This document shows, one piece after another, positions 57,501-64,000 of a stretch of DNA of 64,000 nt; the first letter of the stretch is position 1; each line of letters starts with the position of its first letter. This DNA is from Macrostomum lignano (Eukaryota): positions 1-64,000 of the forward strand of contig NIVC01002210.1 of NCBI GenBank assembly GCA_002269645.1. The letters run 5' to 3'. A program made the position numbers and the translations under genes. The notes under the pieces are model-generated. The model saw only the letters and a list, made by a program, of their open reading frames with translations, did not search any database and was not told the origin of the DNA.

Positions 57501-60500
57501 ACGGCAACCTCCTCTGCCTGTCGCTGGACGAAAAGTTCACTAAGCACTTCTGGGCCATCGTAGTCGAAAAGCGACAGGAAGAGCTGAACAAGAAGGAGCG
57601 GCTGGTCTGGATCCAACCGTGCAGGCCAGACGGGTCCGGAGTGTCCGTTGGAGAGGCCCTCGTCAGCATGCTGGTGAACTCGACGGCCGCCTCATCGGGA
57701 ATGCTGATGCTGGAGTCGCCGACAATGTACAAATCTTTCCAGCCGGTCCTGGCGAGCCTGAAGAGTCTGTCAGCCGACAGTGTGCCCTTCTCCGATGTGC
57801 TCGCCTACGCAAAGGTTGAGTCTGCCAGCACCCAGCCCGACTTTGTGACCAGGTATTACGACAGTGATCAGCTAGACAGTGATCAGCTAGACAGTGATCA
57901 GCTAGACAGTGATCAGCTAGACAGTGATCAGCTAGACAGTGATCAGCTAGACAGTGATCAGCTAGACAGTGATCAGCTAGACAGTGATCAAAGCTCGCTA
58001 GACGCACCAAAGAAACAATTGCCATTCATCAAGCATTCTGATGGGTTTTCTCTGGACCACTGCCAGACAGAGGCATTTGCCAACGCGCTGCACAGGAAGG
58101 TGTACGTCTGCCAAGGACCACCAGGCACTGGCAAGACTCTGCTGGGAATTCTCATCGCTAAGCAGCTGCTGAAGTTGGACACTCTCAAGGGTAAACCGCT
58201 GCTAGTGCTCTGCTACAAGAATCATGCGTTGGACGAGTTTCTGACCAAACTGCTTCCGGAGTATGGTGACCACATGGTGCGAGTCGGAGGTCGATCGCAA
58301 GACTATCGACTGGACAACATTAGCCTGCGAACGCTGAAGAATACCAATAAAGTACACAGGCCAGTACACGGCTTGCTTGACGAGCTGCGCGCGACTTGGA
58401 GGGAGTTGCAGAATTGTCTGGAGTTCCTGGACACAGTGTTTGAGTCGCCCGAAGCAGCAATACTGAATGCCTGCGACTATGGACAGCTGTACGAAATTGT
58501 GCACTGTCGGAAAAATGCTGGCGACCACTATGTTCGCAATGCTCGGTGGCGTCTTCAGTCGATTCAGCCCAACGAACTTTACAAGGAAATAAACAGTTCG
58601 GGCGAAAACAAAGAGCTGTTCAAAGTATGCCTTAGATCTTGCTTTTCTAACCTGAACCACCAACTGATGGAGCGGAAACCGTGCAAATCAAAGGTTCAGT
58701 TTCGAGTGAAACAAAAAGTACAGGACTGCAGTTCCAAACCAAATCTCGAAGGCAACGAACCTGGAAACGCAGCAAACAATGAGGACGATAGTGAGGAGAT
58801 CCGGGAGCGCGAGGAGCATTTGGGGATGACTGCTCAAGGCGATGATCACAGTACGGGCAATGACATGCGCTTCGATGCTCGCTTCATCAGGCAGTCTGAG
58901 CTGTACCTGGATAGCAGCATTGGACAGTTCAGCCAGACCGACTTCATACAACGACTTCTTTCAAGGCCTCCAACGCGACTTGATTCGACAGAGCAGTGGC
59001 TGTTCTATCAGTGCACCCTCAATAAGGTTTGCAACGACACAAAGAAGACGATCGAGCTGCTCGTTGACAAAATCATGAATCTGGAAGCTGAGCTGGAGAG
59101 GATAAACACTGAAGCTGATGCCAGCCTTCTTTCCAAGATGCGGGTCATTGGAATGACCGTCACTGGAGCCTCCATCAATAAGGAGCTGTTAGATGCAGTC
59201 AAACCCGCGGTGGTCATCCTGGAGGAGGCGGCCGAGGTGAGCGAGCCGCAGCTCCTGGGCTGTCTCGGGCCGCACACGGAGCAGCTGATTCTCATAGGCG
59301 ATCACAAACAGTTAAAGCCGCAGACTGAAAGCCACATTCTGGCCAAGGACTACCACCTGGACCTGTCAATGATGGAGCGGCTCATCAATAACGGCATCAA
59401 GTTCGATCAGCTCGAACTGCAGAATCGCATGAGACCAGAGTTTAGTCTCCTATTAAGGGATATTTATCCCAATCTGCGAGACAATACCAGTGTAGTTGAT
59501 CGCGTATTGAAACCCGCTTGTCTCGTCCAGTCAATGTTTTTCTGGACGCACAACGAGCCGGAGACACAGGAGCCCGGACGGCATGGTGCGATCAACACAG
59601 AAGAAGCTAAAAGATGCGTTCGACTGGCGATGTTTCTCGTGGATCAGGGTTGCTCTCCAGACAGGATCACGATTCTTTGCGCTTACAAGAGGCAGATGAG
59701 TCTTGTAAGACGCTCAATGAAGGAAGCTCTCTCTGACTTCTGTCCGCAGAGGCAATCGCACTGTGAAGAAGAATTAGATGCCAGATGTTCTGAAAACTCT
59801 ATGCACGTGAAGGTGCACACGATCGATCTGTACCAAGGTGACGAAAACGACGTTGTGATTGTGTCGCTGGTCCGATCGAATCCCGCCAGCAACATCGGCT
59901 TTCTTAAGACTCTCAATCGACGCTGCGTTGCTCAGTCGAGAGCTCGACTCGCGATGGTGTTCGTAGGCAACGCTGACTGCATCTACAAAAGCAAAAACGG
60001 AACTAATTGGAGACCTCTGATCGATGCCATGCGGCTGCAGAACTGCTTGGGCCCTACGATTTCCCTAAGGTGCCCTGACCATTCCGAAACTGTCGTTTTG
60101 GCTTCAGACGTAGATCAGGTGCCTCTGCAATATTCGTTCTGCGATAAGATCTGTGCTCACCTCATGCCGTGCCGAGTTCACAAATGCTCCAAGCCATGTC
60201 AACCGAAGCATGAAACAAAGCATTTTAAGTGCAAAAGTGCTGTAAATTTCAAGTATCCTGATTGCGATCATGAAGGAACAAGATTTTGTCACCAAGACAT
60301 ATTTGAGGTTCCATGCTCAGTGATGGTGTCCTATACGTTTCCTGATTGTGGACACACAATGCAGAAACAGTGTGGCAAGCCTGAGGGATTTTACAAGTGC
60401 AACGCGCCCTGTGAGAGACCTCTGCCTTGCGGTCACGGGACCTGTCCACTGAAGTGTCACGAGGTGTGCTCGTCATTCAAGTGCCAGACGATGGTTCCAT

Positions 60501-62305
60501 TGAAATTCGAATGCAATCACAGCATAAACACGATGTGTTTTGAGAACAGGGACGCAATGAAGTGTTACCTGGCCTGTAGCCGCACCCGCCCATGTGGGCA
60601 CCCGTGCACAGGTATGTGCTCCGACATCTGTACCGTAAGGCCATGCCTAGCCGAGGAAAGCTTTACTTTTCCTGAATGCGGTCACACAATTAATCGCAAG
60701 TGTTTTGAGCTGAAGCGCCTTGACGGCAGGCAACTGGAACTGCAATGCAAAGAGAAGTGTGAGCGCAATCTGCCGCAGTGCGGTCATCGATGTACTGCTA
60801 TTTGCAGCACCAACTGCAGTACCGTCAGGTGTCTTGTGAAGGTGAAATTCACTAAGCAATCCTGCGGACACCAGATGGAGCGCGAATGCCATCAATCTGA
60901 ACAGAGTGTTCGGTGCACTTACGCTTGTGGAAGGCAGATTGAAGGATGCGGACACATCTGTCAGTTGCAATGCTGGGAGCCGTGCTCTCCAGAAAAGTGT
61001 AAGATATGCAAAATCGTCAGAGATCGTGTAGAAAGGGCAACAAGACTGAAGGCTTTACGAACTATTAGAGAAAGTTTACGACAAGAACTAAAGAATCTGG
61101 CATCACAGAGCGCACAGACTGTGACACGGACACCTCTAGACCCGACTGCTGATGCCTCGGAGTACTTGGATGTTCATGACAGAGTGATGAAGTTTGTCCA
61201 GCCTCAGCATGGTTGGAACGCAAAGGTTACTCGAATTGAAAAGATTTATAATCCGCTACTGCTCAAAAGTCATCTGGAGTTTAAAGCTTTCGCGATCGAC
61301 CCTTCAAGGGTTGAGGACAAGTTTCACGGAACGACGGCTGAGGCTCTTGAGAAAATTATCACCGAAGGTTTTAAGCTTCCTGAGAAAACTGGGATGTACG
61401 GTGCAGGAATCTACTTTGCCACAGACTCTTCAAAGAGTAGTCAGCGTAAGTACACCAAGGGCTCGAACATGCTGCTGTTGTGCTCGGTAATCATTGGCCG
61501 ATCAAAAACTGTGACGAAGGCAACTCAGGAGTACAAGTCCTACCAGCAACTGAAGAGAGAGGGCTTCGACTCTCTTTTTGCACCTCGCGGCAGCAAGACT
61601 AACGACGGCAAGACTAGCGACGGCGTCCTCTTCGATGAGTACGTTGTGTTCGATGTCCGACAAGCGCTGCCAAAGTACATCGTGCACTATGACGACCTTT
61701 GGACTTTGCCAGGGATTCCGCGTCCAACGTCGCTCGGTACCTCGGGCATCGTGAAAATCTCGCCAAGTCGCTACAAGAGCGATAACAGTGCTGAGAACAG
61801 CCTGCACCTCGCGGTGGTTCAGGCCGAGTACAACAGAGACGACGGTATCATCAGCCGCTTCGGCGAAATCACGGAGGTATGGGTGAATCGGAATCCCAGT
61901 CTGGAGGCCAAGTTTGAGGCCAAGCATAAGGAGTTCGCATCAAAGTACGGAGACAACGAGTCCAGCAGGTACGTGCTCGCATTTCACGGCACGAGTCGGG
62001 CCAACGCGGAAGCCATCTTCCGGGAGAACTTCAGCAGACAGAAATGCATCCGAGAGGCTTACGGGCCGGGAATCTACTTCTCTGAGTTCACGGATGAGTC
62101 AGAAAAGTATGGAGACGCGCTGTTACTGTGCAAGCTGCTGCTTGGCAAGGAGGTGGATCACCAGGCGCGTAGGAGCTCCAGCAGCTACGACAGCATTCGA
62201 GTGAGGCAATCTGCAGGTGAGCACTGCCGAATGCTGATCATCGCTCACCCAGACCAGATTATGCCAATGTACCGCATCTTCACTAAAAACAAATTCAAGC
62301 AGTGA
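54527..62305 (+). CDS. ZNFX1: ZNFX1-like UPF1-family SF1 helicase with NF-X1 zinc-finger array and two C-terminal PARP-like domains
   Basis: ZNFX1-specific LRP..V.GAYSS.EEY..TMF|NLLRAD across the 56315/57280 junction. Motifs QGPPGTGKT, ILEEAAE, LILIGDHKQL, QNRMRPE, YQGDEND and VAQSRAR. Cys/His repeats at ~60070-60990. PARP motifs FHGT..GIYF..DEYVV (61322-61648) and FHGT..GIYF (61982-62080). The 5' exons are approximate and need a -1 shift near 55053-55055. Confidence 0.9.
56456..57007. mobile_element. hAT-type MITE in the ZNFX1-like intron; a related right-end fragment lies at ~52330-52533
   Basis: Inverted ends CAG.AGTCGGCAACCTCCGGCCCGCAGGCCACATGCGGCCC / GAGCCGCATGTAACCCCTCGGGCCGGAGTTTTTCGATTCCTG with a CT/GA-rich interior. 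TSD not conserved. Confidence 0.7.
57860..57990 (+). repeat. In-frame 15-bp perfect tandem repeat (GACAGTGATCAGCTA x8 plus a partial unit) encoding (DSDQL)n
   Basis: Direct inspection; lies inside the long exon just before helicase motif Q/Walker A. Confidence 0.97.
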
Positions 62306-63703
62306 CTCATCGGTTTTCTATGTTTTGAGTACGCGGAATTTTAATCATTAATTTGCTATCCTATGAAGTTGAAATAAGATCGTGAATTAGTTATGTATAA
62401 ATATATGATTATAGTATAAATTATACCAATAATAAATTAATACAACGATTATGTATTATTATGTATATAAAATACTTTTAAGATTTTTTGTATATCATAG
62501 TTATTGAAAAATGCATGCTTCATAAAAACAAAGTCAAAAATATTTTACGGAATAACTTACACAACCGAAAAATCCCTAAAAATGAAAATAACGGGCGGGC
62601 GCAAAATTTTGTCTATCGTTATACCAATGCTTTATATCTACTAAGCCACGATGTCTGAAGAATAGTGCTAACGTATATAAAAGATATAAGCAATATTCTA
62701 AGTGACTTAGTTATAGTAGGTGCGTAGGTGCATAAAAATTTTTGTCTTAGCTTTGTCTGTTTTACTTAAGAGACTGAGAAAAGTTCGTTCTATATACTCG
62801 TATAATACACTTACTCAAGTTTTCAGCTATAACGTTACTATTTAACGCTAATTATTAATCTAAACTACATGTATTAACAATTATTTTTATCGATTGCTAT
62901 TACTTGCAATCGTTCCAATAAAAAAGTAATTAAAAAAACCTAAGATGCAGCCAATGCAGTTTGCATTGGCATTGGAATTGCACTTGTGTTTCAAATTTTA
63001 TTTATTGTTTTTTTTCTTTAATTATTAATACTTATTCTTGAACAGAAGAAAATTGTGTTAAAATTGAATGCTTTTTTATCTACATGTACACTGTAAATCA
63101 ACGGATAGAAATCTATAGTGAGGAGCATTTGCAGTGCCTGGAGATATTGAAGTGATTAATGTTGATTGAATCGATTGGGGTGATTGAAGTGACTGTGAGC
63201 TCGAGCTCGACAAGAACAAGCCGTGAGGCGACAACCATTGCAGCGCCACGAAGACTCTTCAGGTAACAAAATCAACGCCAAAGGGAAATCTTTACACTGG
63301 CGACGAGCCATGAGTTTGTTAGGCTCAATTGAAGAGGGGAGTGAAAAATGGCAGCCAATAGCAGCTGGGACAGCTGGGTGGGCGATCACAGCAACGAACC
63401 AGCAGCACGCTACCCAGTGCTTTCTGTAATTGACTCTAATAGACTCGTTCTACCCGCTAACTAAAGTAGGCTGCACTTTTCGGAATAATCCTATTCGCTC
63501 TAATCGCCTGTTTACAACCCAGTCAGCTCCTTATAGCTACATACTAACCACAGCCAACTCTGCTTAACTTGCAATGCTTGACTGGCGATCTGCCTATGGC
63601 AATTTGTTTATGGCACTTGCTTGCCAGCCAAGTTCTGTCTGTCATCATAAGACTGAAGCTGAGCATTAACGCCATCCCAAGCGTTAATCCGCTCAGTGCC
63701 ATC

Positions 63704-63875
63704 ATGTTCGGTCCGGTGAACTACGCGGACGCACCACCGGAGCTGTGCTACAGCAACTGCCCGAGAATATACCCGGCCGCCGAGGACTCGAGTGCGCCAA
63801 GCAGTACTGCCTCAGAGAATTCGACCAGGCGACCCTCAGCCTCGGCGCTTTCAGACATCTTTCTCACTGAAACGG
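63704..63875 (+). CDS. Probable coding exon of a further gene continuing beyond the window
   Basis: ATG at 63704, GC-rich open frame, donor G|GTAAAT at 63876. No recognisable domain. Confidence 0.35.
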
Positions 63876-64000
63876 GTAAATTTATTTCATCCTATAAATT
63901 GATTGTTCCCAAATCTGCTGCACAACCAGTCCCATAAAACCTGACAAAACATCAATGACCCAACCCTGCTAGGAAGGGCGCTTTACCCAGTGAGGAAGCG

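Overview
This is animal genomic DNA: the DYRK1A, ARID1/osa and ZNFX1 motifs are metazoan-type. The polyQ/polyA-rich exons and minisatellite-filled short introns resemble a Macrostomum-like flatworm, but that is inference only. Host genes, all on the + strand: the last exon of a DYRK1A/minibrain kinase, a 5-exon calmodulin-like gene, ARID1/osa, an AGC-group kinase with a damaged last exon, and a ZNFX1-like SF1 helicase whose C-terminus carries two tandem PARP-like domains. Positions 6031-19931 hold a young, fully delimited endogenous Polinton/adintovirus-like element (~670-bp TIRs, 6-bp TSD CACAGG). It encodes a packaging ATPase, adenain protease, major and minor capsid proteins, integrase-chromodomain and a Fic-domain protein, but no protein-primed DNA polymerase. 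Its minor capsid gene is split in frame by a 3.36-kb nested transposon with a 2-bp TSD. Three AT-rich blocks and the repeats inside them show a striking C-to-T mutation pattern at both CpG and CpA, reminiscent of fungal RIP. The three strongest leads are the polymerase-less Fic-bearing polintovirus, the ZNFX1-PARP-PARP fusion and the RIP-like hypermutation.
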